Positions 13,069-23,816 of a DNA stretch of 64,000 nt are shown one piece after another. Position 1 is the stretch's first letter. The number at the start of each line of letters is the position of its first letter. The position numbers and the translations under genes are program-made. This stretch comes from Podarcis cretensis (Eukaryota). The stretch spans positions 5,518,001 to 5,582,000 of the forward strand of contig OX638156.1 in NCBI GenBank assembly GCA_951804945.1, in the 5' to 3' direction. Below the pieces are notes generated by a model. That model saw only the letters and a program-made list of their open reading frames with translations, was not told where the DNA came from and did no database searches.

Positions 13069-13732
13069 CTAAAGGAAGCAGCAAAAAAGATTAAGCTTGC
13101 CAGGGGTGCTAATTTGGCCCATGAGGTTGTTTCCCCCCAACCATGCTCACCTGCCCCGTAGCAGATATCAAATATCAGCTAGCAGTACCACTTTGCTCCA
13201 TGTAATGGTTATGTTTGTTCTATGATTGTAGATTTCATTGTTATAACCTGCCATGGGATCTCAAGGTGAAGACTGGGTAAGAAATCATATATATGGCTAC
13301 AAAGGAACAAAGAACTTAGGTCGTTCCTCTGCACACGGGATTCCATTTAGTGTCTTTTAAATTGGGTTCCACTCTAGAGCTCCTGAACAGAGCTAATAAT
13401 TGCCCAAAGTGGGGTTTGCATTCTGCTTTCGGCAGGAATTCTTGCAGCTTGAGAACTCAAGCTGGGATTGCAAAAGAAGAATGAATCAATCCATAGTGCA
13501 CTTGCAGTGAACTTCTGATTCTTCCTCTGAACTTGAATCACCTGGTGTCATATGGCATCAGGTGATTTAACAGGTGGGTGACCCCACCGCCCTGTAAAAA
13601 GTGGTTTGTGGAGTTCTGGATTCGACCCACTGGCCAGATCCAGGTCCCCACCCCGCTAAACACTAGCATTCCTCTGCTTTGCTTCTGTTCTTAGGACTGC
13701 ATATTTGTTGAGGGGCTCTGGTAGAGACTCAC

Positions 13733-13797
13733 CAAGCTTCCTTGCTGGGCTGTAGCATGGGAGGGGGCTTTTTCAGGTTTCCAAGCTTGCCCTCATA
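13733..13797 (-). CDS. BICRA: BICRA coding exon 10 (YEGKLGNLKKPPPMLQPSKEA-C)
   Basis: ttgccag|TAT GAG...GCT TG|gtgagt. Confidence 0.93.
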
Positions 13798-14037
13798 CTG
13801 GCAAGGAGAAAAAACAAGAACAAAAGAACAAAGAGCAACAGGTGAATTTGAGGCCACAAAGAAAAGCATCTCCTGCTTGTAAGTGGCCAGCCTTCTGGTG
13901 AAGATGCTAATCATATTATGGCAACGCTAATCAGGCAAACATAGCAGTGTAGTAAGAGACCTTCGTAGAAAGTGATGGGAGATTTCGCAAATCCTTAGAA
14001 GCATCAGACAAATTGGAACAGGTTCAAAAGGAGGACA

Positions 14038-14320
14038 ATAATAATAATAAATAATAAATTATATTTATACCCCGCCCTCCCGGGCCAGAGCCGGGCTCAG
14101 GGAGGCTAACACCAGTAAAATTACAGTAAAAATGTAATAGGGAAAAAAACCCAATTTAAAATACAGGTTAAAATGCAATTTAAAATGAAGCCTCATTTTA
14201 AAAGAAGCCCATAGATCAAAACCACAAGGGGAGGGAAACATAAGGGCCAGACAGTCCAAACCAAACGCCAGGCGGAACAGCTCTGTTTTGCAGGCCCTGC
14301 AGAAAGATGTCAAGTCCCGC
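14038..14320 (-). mobile_element. L2 LINE 3' fragment
   Basis: ORF2 C-terminus RDLTSFCRACKTELFRLAF, then 3' UTR and (TAT)n tail. Confidence 0.75.
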
Positions 14321-14344
14321 AAAAAAGATGGTTAGAAGTATGGA

Positions 14345-14520
14345 ATACTAAGTCATATGAGGGAAGGCTGAAGGACTGTTTAGCTTTGAGAAGACCAAAG
14401 GGAGGCATGATAGCACACTCCACATTTCTGCAGAATGTTGCACAAAAGAGGACAAGGGCTACTGCCCCAGAGGGCAGCACTACATCTAATGGGTTTGAGC
14501 TGCAGGAGGTTTTCTTTTGG
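14345..14520 (+). mobile_element. CR1 LINE fragment
   Basis: tatgagggaaggctgaagga..gtttagc.ttgagaaga...ggcatgatagc, typical of the CR1 ORF2 end. Confidence 0.55.
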
Positions 14521-14614
14521 CTGAAATGATTCAAGGGATATGATTTGGCTGAAACAGCTTGCCAAAAATATTTAAATGAATGAACAAAAGTGACATGCTA
14601 GTGCATAGGCTCAC

Positions 14615-14740
14615 CTGCTGCTGGATTTGGGATGGGGCTGAAGGCATGAGTTGAGGCAAGCCCTTTCCAACTACCTGGAGCTGCAACGGACCTTTCCCCA
14701 GATTCAGGCCTGACACAGAGCTAATGACTCCAGGCTTTGT
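14615..14740 (-). CDS. BICRA: BICRA coding exon 9 (TKPGVISSVSGLNLGKGPLQLQVVGKGLPQLMPSAPSQIQQQ)
   Basis: tttggcag|ACA AAG...CAG CAG|gtgagc; symmetric phase-0 exon of 126 nt, open frame, BICRA-like composition. Confidence 0.8.
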
Positions 14741-15410
14741 CTGCCAAAGAAACAAGAAGGTAGCTTTACAACCAGATGGACTGTAATGAATTAGAACCAG
14801 ATACACAAAGGAAGTTAGCAGCAACACAAACAGTTACAGCATTGCCAACGCTTGGGAAGATAGGTATCAGAATTCTTCAGTGCTGCAGTTGCAAACCCTT
14901 AGCTATGTGGATAATTACAGCATTTTAAAAAGAGCCATGAAAATTTAAAGCAGTTTATTTAAAGCGATGCAAAGCCCTGAGTATGGAAATATATACTTTA
15001 GGTTATTTTCATAAATCGCACAAGTTGATGGCAGAGCACAAAAGAGCAACATGTATACTACTGCAACTAGATAGTAGTTCAAACTATGCTGTTGGAACTA
15101 TTTAAGTTTAACCGCTAACAATAATCATGACTAACTACTTAGTCAATTAGGCAAAAACTATAAATAATTGACTATATATCATACTGAAAAATAAATATGT
15201 ATATGTACATATGGATGATCTGGCCCCAAGCGTGACAGCTCAGTGACATCTACTGCTAATAAACCTTCTATGTGAGACAGTGTTGATTCTATAATCAATA
15301 CAATGCTTAAGCAAGACTCATACTGTTGGTGCTAAAAATAAACACTAGGCAATTATCAGCATGGGTACGTTTTGTTGCAAAGAATCCTTAGCTTGCTTTA
15401 ACAATCCCAC

Positions 15411-15538
15411 CTGAACTGGCTGCTGAATGGCAAGAGGACCTGCAGGTTTTGCTTGCCCAGTGGCTGCTTTCCCTCCCGAAATGGCTGTGGCGCTGCTGGA
15501 AAATGTTTTACTCTCTGAAGGAGCTGCAGCAGCAATAG
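15411..15538 (-). CDS. BICRA: BICRA coding exon 8 (S-IAAAAPSESKTFSS...QQPVQ)
   Basis: tctctag|CT ATT GCT...GTT CAG|gtggga; 128 nt; PSESKTF resembles mammalian PAENKAF. Confidence 0.85.
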
Positions 15539-17742
15539 CTAGAGAAATGGGGAAGAAAATACAAGCGAGTGAGATTTCAAAATGATATATGGAACATTTT
15601 CAAGTTGTAAAAAATAGTGTCTGGAATCTCAGTTTGAGTCCTACATCTCTCTTTTGGATTTTCTATATGGTGCCCGGTGGTGCAATTTCTTTTTTTTTAC
15701 AGATGCTCGAGCATCACTGGTCCCTAAAAAACCTGTAGCTAGGGAGTGGATGGACTGAAGATTGTGGGAGCAAGCTTTTCTCCCTCTCCCCACAAACACA
15801 ATGTTTGCAGTCATGGGCGGAACTTGGTAGCCACCTTCTCCCCTACCCTTGCAACCAGAAGCCAAACATAGAAACGAGGTTTAATTTTCTAAGGTGATTT
15901 AAGGCCTGGCTCCTCTCATTTAACCACTGCCAGGAGGAAACGGAAGGGAGAAGATAAGATACCAGAGCATATCAGCAAGAACAGGCTATCTCCCCTTGCT
16001 GGCACTTTCAACTTCTTTTTCCATCCAAGCTGGCTTCTGAAAGAGTCTGTCTGACTCCTAATGTTCTTTTCTCCCCCTTGATTATGGCCAGGCTACTCCC
16101 AAGTACATAAGCGTAAAGCCCCTAAAAGGCAGCATTTTTAAAAATGGATACAGACCATCCTGAAGGATGTCTGGAGACTACAGCAGTCCCTGACATTCCG
16201 TAGCTGGCCATCCTAGCTCTTGCGTCCAAAGCCAACCCTTTGATTGCTCCACCAGTTCAGTGAAGAAAGCAAAGAGTCTCTGCCCTTCCATTGCAAAGGA
16301 CTGGGAGAAGGCCATTATTCATACTGGAGGTTAGCCAGGCCAGCAGGGCTAACATTCCTGCTCTCAGGAAATGTGCCAAGGAATCTTTAATGAGTACAAT
16401 AACGGAGAAAGGGCTAGATGTTTGAATCTTATGTGGAAGAGCAGGGGGAAGAATACTGCAGGAAAAGCTGAGAGCAATGGGGGGTGGGGGTGGGGGGATA
16501 ATGTTGCTAAGTCAGATCTTGTTTGGTTTTTCAATCAATCTGGAAAAAGACAATGGAAGCCTTCTTTCCCCTGGCCATGGCAGGCAGGCAGGCAGAATTC
16601 CACATGGAATCTGGACTTTCATGTGTGGAAGGGGAGGGGGTGTAACAGGATTCTTGCTTTTAAAAAAGTGGGGGGGGGGGACAAGTTTCTATCTCTAGTG
16701 ATTTTGGAGATAAGGCATCAAAACCTTAAAAGCCCACAAAAATTCAAATATGTGCCTTAAAAACCCATCCAAGTTGGAGCAAACTTGCATGAGGAATTGA
16801 TTAGGATCTTAATTTCGGAGAGGAAAAAATATAAAGGGTCAGTAGTAGTTTATTCCAGATTCTGTGTAATAGAAAGGGCAATTACTCCTGAGTCTATCTT
16901 TTCCCTTCTCCTCACAGAACTCAGTGACATATATAATATATATACACGTGTGTGTTTATGAGTGTTATATCTTGCCCTTTATAAGGTGATCTCTGGGCAG
17001 ATAACAATGCATATGCAAAAAGCACAGGACAACATATACAGTTCTGAAATGTAACTCCTGCGTGAGGTGATGCCTGCAATTGCCAAGGTGGGAGGAAACT
17101 GGCTGTGTGCTCCTCACAATAAGCTTTGAGCCACTCCAAATGTCTGACAGATCATTGATTCCAAAGCAAAGAATTGATCTGCACTCAATTCCATGCCATA
17201 TCATAGAGGACACTTTCCTGGAGGTATGGATATCTGATTTGGGGTGGCTTAAATCTTTTTTGTGGAATGCACACATACCAGTGCCTTATTCATTTATTTA
17301 TATACCTTGGCTATTATTGGCTTTAGGAATAATTATTGACTGTGTCGCCTGCCATCAGCAACTCATTTCCTGTTTCGTTGTGGCATGAACCCTCTTCTCA
17401 AAACCTAGGAATAACCCTCAGCAGCTGCAAGGGACAGGAAGGTGGGCTGCAGTACCTGATGTGGGCACCTCCACCTGCCTTGTAGCAAGGCCAGTCCTAA
17501 CAACCGGGGATGAAAAAGCACACCATTTTGTATGAAGCTGAACAGTGCAAATTTTACTCTGCAGTTTCTCACACTAGTCAGTTGTCTCAAAAAACCATTA
17601 TCTTCTGCAAAGCTTGCAAGTATTTCCTTTGCTTTCTACACTGGACTGCACATACAGACAGGTGCATGCATGCATATGGTTGGAAGAGTGAACGACACAG
17701 GGGAAAAGAAACTATTTACCAACATGCAGATATACACAAATA

Positions 17743-18062
17743 CAGTGGTGCCTCGCAAGACGAAATTAATCCGTTCCGTGAGGCTCTTCATATAGTGGTT
17801 TTTTTGTCTTGCGAAGCAAGCCCATTGACAGTTTAGCGGATTAGCGCTATTAGCGGTTTAGCGGCTTTTAGCAGATCAGCTGATAAGCGGCTTAGGGTTT
17901 AGGAAAAGGGGGAAAAAACCCTGCAGGAACTCGCAAGACATTTTCGTCTTGCAAAGCAAGCCCATAGGGAAATTCGTTTTGCGAAGCGCCTCCAAAATGG
18001 AAAACCCTTTCGTCTAGCGGGTTTTCCGTCTTGCGAGGCGTTTGTCTTGCGGGGCACCACTG
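17743..18062 (-). mobile_element. Tc1/mariner (pogo/Tigger-like) MITE, copy 2 (inverted relative to copy 1)
   Basis: TA TSD, same TIRs. Confidence 0.9.
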
Positions 18063-18178
18063 TATATGGAGCAAAAGACAAGCAGCAACACTTGGAAAGA
18101 TTGATAAAACAATGCAGTCCTCCTCTCCCCCAAATTCAGCCCCACAAGCATACACAAAACAGTGTTTTATCAACGTAC

Positions 18179-18503
18179 ATGTTGATGCCGATTTGACCAA
18201 CACAGGTGTTTGTTGCTGGAGGAGTGATGTAGGTTGTGCAGGCTGCCCTCCTCCTCCTCTCTGGACCTGCCCCTTTTCAAGCACTGGAGCCGCCTTGCTC
18301 GAAACTGCATTGGAAGGCTGAACGGTGGCAGGCACAGGAGCATGGCTGTGAACTGGTGGTGCCTGGCTTGTTGATACTGTGACCTGCTGTCCTTGGCTGC
18401 TAACCAAGACTGAGGAGGGCTGGCTGCTGAACTGGCTCAGCACAGGTGGTGCTTGGCTAGTGGAAGTTGGCTGCTTCGTTTGTAGAATAATCCCCTGGGG
18501 CAT
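18179..18503 (-). CDS. BICRA: BICRA coding exon 7 (MPQGIILQTK...LVKSAST)
   Basis: tatgcag|ATG CCC CAG GGG ATT ATT CTA; phase-1 donor T|gtacgt chosen to match the next exon; donor position less certain. Confidence 0.8.
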
Positions 18504-19187
18504 CTGCATAGAATAAAAAGCCAGAGAATAACCCACAAAAGCCACTGGCAACACTGTGAGCGTGCCAAATTATGTTAAAAGCTCTTTCCTACTGCAACTT
18601 CCTTTCCATCTTCCTTGCTTAAGGTGCTCAATATAAGGACCTCGCACTTAAGAGACACTGATGCCTGTTTTTAACTGGCGGAGAAGTCAAAGGCAAGAGC
18701 TGGTCTTTTATCAGCACAGGAAACTGCCTGGCCTCCTGGTGGCTAGAAGTACCCACAAGCAGTAAGAGCATAGACCTTAGAGCTCTGACATCTGGTAGTG
18801 GCATTTAAATAGTTGGTTCATCCTGCGTATCCATGGCCAAGTAGGCCATGCTCAAGGATGAGTTCCTGTAAAGTTTTCAAAGAGCATTTTGGTGGGTAGG
18901 CATCCAGCTGTTAAGAAAAAAATTCTGAATGGAAAAACAAGACAACATTGGCTGGGGGGGGGGCTGCCCATATTTGAAATGGAATAGGTATTTGGAAGGG
19001 GTGGGTGCAAAGAGTGTCTTTGAGGCAGGCCTGGTGGCTGGGGTCTCCTTGGTACAGCCAATTGCCCATAAGCCGAGGCCATACCACTCTATTTTGTACA
19101 GATGGAATCATTTTGTCGCAGTGAGAGGGCTTCACAATTAACCCGATTCCCTTTTCCACCAATTTCTATGGAATGTGATTGCTTTAC

Positions 19188-19895
19188 CTGCTGAAACCGA
19201 TCCATTAACTGCTTCTGCTGAGGTATGGGTGCTGGAATTGCAGAAAGAGCCTGGAACTGATTCGGAACCATCTGAAAACTCCTCTGCTGCTCCGGCGTCA
19301 GATGAAGCGCCTGGGTCGGGGTGGGGGGCTTGATAGGGCCCTGGGCAGAGAACTGGAGCTGGAAATGGGGGGAATGGGTGTGCTGCACCTCAGATGCAGC
19401 CTGAATCTGGGGCTGTAGCCGGGCCTGCACTTGGGATTCGGCCTGCGGCTGGAGCTGTGGAGCAAGCTGGACCTGTAGCTGCAGATGTGGAGGGGTTGCC
19501 AGCTGAGGCTGCCCCTCTGGCTGGGCCTGTGGTGCTTGGAATGATACCTGAGGCTGCGATGGGGGCCGCAGAGGATGCTGGTTGGGACCATGAGGAGAGG
19601 AAGCAATCTGATTCTGAATCACATACAGATTCTGCATCTGGGTCTGGGGGGTGCAGGACCGTGACAGGGGCTCGGAAGGAGGCCTGGACAAAGTCTGCGG
19701 TTGGGAAGGAGGCCTCGAGTGAGGCCGGGACGGTGGCCGGGACAGTGGCTGAGGCTGAGACGGAGGGCGGGACTGGTGTGGGGACTGCATCTGTGAAAGG
19801 TGTGTGGGCTGGAGCTGGGGGCTCTCGCCCACTGAAGGATGAGGTAGCGAATGGGATGGGGAGGCTCCAGGAAGTTTCTGCTGCCCTGAAGGCAA
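19188..19895 (-). CDS. BICRA: BICRA coding exon 6 (LPSGQQKLPG...RPPS repeats...MDRFQQ)
   Basis: ttttttcag|TTG CCT; ORF 19089..19895; CAG|gtaaag; 708 nt. Confidence 0.92.
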
Positions 19896-22162
19896 CTGAA
19901 AAAAGGAGTTGGGGGGGGGGGGGAAGAAAGGAAAGAGTAAACTGGGTTAGAAGTCTCTTGTGAAGATACTCTGAGGTGCCTAGGCACCACAATCCAGCAG
20001 AAGCAGCCAAGAATTATGAAGTCCAAAGCTCGCAATTGCCAGCTTTGTGAGTCAATGAGGCTGCTTGTTTCCTCCTTCCCTTCATCATCAGTTCACACTG
20101 TGAGAGACCCTGAAACAGGAGGGGAAGCTTTCTGGGGCACGGTGTCAGATTCTCATGCTGTCCCACTGGGAATACTGGTAGGTACCTGCCAAATTTATTT
20201 CACTGCCTCGGCTTGTTTGCAAAGCTTGGCTGTAAAAGATGTTGCTTGAAAAGATTTTGCCTTTTAAACCATAGTGACCAAGGCAACGAAGAAATAAATA
20301 CAAGGAAGGTACCAAAAAGTGTTTCTTAAAATGTCAAATGGCTAAACCAAAAGCTTATCTCAAAAATCTTATCCTAAGGAAGGCAGGAAGAAGTTGGCTT
20401 CTTTCAATATTTTGGGGAACAGGGAGAAGGGAGTTCATGTCTTCTAATTCCAATTAGACAAATACACGCCCCACCCTTTCAATCTGCCCAGTCACCCTTT
20501 CTTGGGCAACAAAATCTACCTGAGCTCTGTTGTATTAAATGCCACTTCTCCAGCCTGCCTAGGGCACCCCTACAGAATAGCAAGTCCTCTGCTAACTCCT
20601 GTACAGCTTGCACTATAGTATTTGCAACATTACTAACACGCAAGTAGAATTTATGACACTCAATTTGCAAGTAATACTTCTCTGCTTAAAGAACAATATA
20701 TACAGGAAGGAAAGAGATACACATTCTGGTAGGAGATGGCAACATACCACAAGTGCAGTGCACAGCTCTGGAGGGACAGAGGAGAAGACGGGAAGAAAAG
20801 CAAGAAAAGGCAGCAGCAGCAGCAGAACCACCACCTCTCAGGGTTAGTTAGGATCGAAAGGGAAGCAAGCAAGAGCAGCAACAGGGGAAAGAGACAAACA
20901 GGTGATGGCCACAGTCTGGCAACAGGATCAGTAAGAGGGGAAAAGCCTTTGGCTGATCCTAGAGGTGTTTGCCTATTTCTGGATTGTTGTGTGTTCACCC
21001 ATGTGCTAAAAAAATAAAAACATAATCTGCCTGAAATCAGATGTGCCCATCCCTTGGATTGTAAATTCCTTCAGGAAAGGAACCAGTGGTCTTTTTTTAT
21101 GCTACAGCAAGGCCATATGCCATGTCCATCTTTCCTTTTTTCTTGTTTTTAATTTGGGCATAAAGGAAGAGGTAAGTAAAGCTCTTTGTGAACTAAACTA
21201 TCCACCATCAGTAAATGCAGATTGTTTCCCTCTATCTGTTGCTTTTTTCCAAAGCAGAACAAATTATTATTTTATTTAAAAGAGCAAGGGTGGAGCATTA
21301 AAGAGGATGTGATTGCTTTTTGTTATAAGAAAGCTAGATTCCATGCCAGTTTTACTGAGCTTTACTGGTCCTGTACATATACAGAAATGTATATAAACCT
21401 TCAAAATATTCACCACAGAGGCAAGGAAGGTGCATGTTTTAAAACTTAGATCCATTCTTTGCAGATACAGGTGGCACCATAGTAATGTCTGCATGGTTCA
21501 CAATATCTACTTATAGGAGACTAAAACAAGTTTGGAAAATATAAAATATAGAGATTATAATTTATGACTGTGCTTAGGAAAAGTTCCAAATAATGTTTCA
21601 GTTGTTTAATTTTTAAACGAATAACCATTTTCTTTCTTTTTAGCGTTTCTGCGGTAACCTAAAAGGGAGGGGATGCTATGTCTACATCTCAGTGTGTCAT
21701 CCATACCTCTGTCTCTCTCCCTAGTATTTGTGTGTCTGAGTTCAGGATCAAACTGACTACTCCATGGAAGTACACCAGTATTAAAGATATTAATTAGTGC
21801 ACTAACAAGTAGGTAGTGCTCCCTGCCCCCCAGCCTGGCCTGAAGAAATGAACTAAGCAAAGCTTTTTCTGTCACTTTCTTTCATATGTCTCATTTCTGT
21901 ATGTCAGGGTATTGCTAAAGGGACAGCAAAAATGAACACACACACGGTAACCTTACATGTAATGGTCAGTGGTCCTCTTAGTTGCTAGGCAGGAGGTAAC
22001 TACACTAATGAAAATATTCATTCCTCCTGTATTGGTCACCAAACTTCCACAAGGGGGAGACTTCATTGCTATTTTCAAAATTGTGTCACCACCAACACCC
22101 AAGCCTTGCCTTTGTTTTGAAGTGTGGGAGAATGCAAGTGCGAACCGAAATGAGATGCTAAT

Positions 22163-22164
<2 letters not shown>

Positions 22165-22199
<35 letters not shown>
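22165..22199. repeat. (TG)n microsatellite
   Basis: Direct reading. Confidence 0.95.
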
Positions 22200-22202
<3 letters not shown>

Positions 22203-22348
22203 CATTCTGCACAGAGAATGTGCAGGAGAAAGCAAGAAGCTGAAAGGAAGACTAAGAATGGCCAGACATGTTAGACAGAAGGGCTCAAGGCAGGAGGACA
22301 GGCCAAAGCGAGGCGACTTTGTGGATTTGCAAACAGGTAAGGGGCTAC

Positions 22349-22627
22349 CTGGCAAGCCATTGCCTGCTGGGGAGGGCCGGCTGAGAACTGAGGTACTTTG
22401 GACTCCACCGGCGGCAGGTTGTGGTTCTGGCTCAGCTCTCGGCTGGCAGGCGGCTGCAGGGCTGCGCCTACGCTGCTGCTGACTATCACCGAGGCTGGGA
22501 CACTGCTTGTGGTGTTGAGGGCAGTGGTGGCTATGCTGTAGATGGGCAGAGGCATAGGCAGGTGGGGAGGTACTGTGGATTCGTTCATACTGCTCTCCTG
22601 CTGCATTTTCAGGGCTGGTGAATAAAA

Positions 22628-22669
<42 letters not shown>

Positions 22670-22684
22670 CTGGCTCCGATCCTT
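22349..22684 (-). CDS. BICRA: BICRA coding exon 5 ((K)DRS-Q15-FYSPALK...SVPASVIVS...AMACQ)
   Basis: tttcag|AAG GAT CGG AGC; in frame with ORF 22271..22606; SVPASVIVS motif as in mammalian BICRA; donor CAG|gtagcc is weak. Confidence 0.85.
22628..22672 (-). repeat. Coding CAG repeat (CAG)8CAA(CAG)5CAA = Q15
   Basis: Direct reading within coding exon 5. Confidence 0.9.
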
Positions 22685-23077
22685 CTGAAATTTCCAAGAG
22701 ATTTAGCATGGACCACATTTATGACAACTACCTGCTTCTACCACCCACGTTTTGTCAATGCTGATTACTGTGTATGCACATGCTCTGAGTCCTGCTCCCC
22801 TAAGCAGACACGGCCTTAGAATTGCATCCTAAATTCTGGTTTCAGAGCCCCCACTTCCCCTCTCGGCAACTCGTAATGTGAAAGACACAAAAATAAAGAA
22901 TATGCAGAAGGTCATGCCTGACGCCAAGTTTCAAAGAATTTGCTTTTAGGGCAAAGAAGGAAGCAAGCAAGCTCCTTTGTGATATATGAGGCTCACAGTC
23001 AATGGAAGCCATATAACCTATACTTCACATTCAAACAGGGGTCTGGGCCCACTTGCAGAATACTGTTTTTAATCACG

Positions 23078-23427
23078 GCTGGCGCTGTGGTCTAAATCAC
23101 AGAGCCTAGGGCTTGCCGATCAGAAGGTCGGCAGTTCGAATCCCTGCAATGGGGTGAGCTCCCGTTGCTTGGTCCCAACTCCTGCCAACCTAGCAGTTCA
23201 AAAGCACGTCAAAGTGCAAGTAGATAAATAGGTACCATTTCAGCGGGAAGGTAAATGGCATTTTCGTGCGCTGCTCTGGCTTGCCAGAAGCAGCTCAGTC
23301 ACGCTGGCCACATGACCTGGAAACTGTACGCCGGCTCCCTTGGCCAATAAAGAGAGATGAGCGCCGCACCCCCAGAGTCATCCGCAATTGGACCTAACAG
23401 TCAGAGGTCCCTTTACCTTTACCTTTA
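23078..23427 (+). mobile_element. Sauria SINE
   Basis: A/B boxes, conserved core, ACCTTT tail. Confidence 0.92.
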
Positions 23428-23816
23428 GTTCACAACTGTGCCACATGAATAGCAAAAACACACAAACTGTTCTCCTGCCTTCCTGTGAGCAGCCAAACTG
23501 GAAATTTGATTCAGGTGGAAATAAACAAACAAACAAACACCTATATTGTTATTCTTTGGGGTGGAATGGGGCTAGATGCCCACAGCGATTACTCAATCTC
23601 AGTTCTACAGCTGGGAAATTTGAATTTTATCATAACAATTTATCATATGTGAATATTAGGAAACTGACATAAACCTACTTAATGATTTAATGGAGTAATG
23701 GCCACACAACTTCCTTGACGTTATCAGTTAATATTTCCTTAATAAGCTGGAACATGCACGGACAGAGAAAACAAACTAAGCAAACTAGCTGTAATTCTAG
23801 GAAACCTTTCACTTGC

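Noticed and set aside
19394-19963. 189-aa + strand ORF and 206-aa alternative-frame minus ORF over exon 6
   Set aside because: Shadow ORFs of a low-complexity Pro/Gln/Ser exon; no independent splice or start context
22158-22819. PolyAla and polyLeu ORFs
   Set aside because: Alternative frames of the CAG repeat; only the polyQ frame joins the flanking BICRA exons
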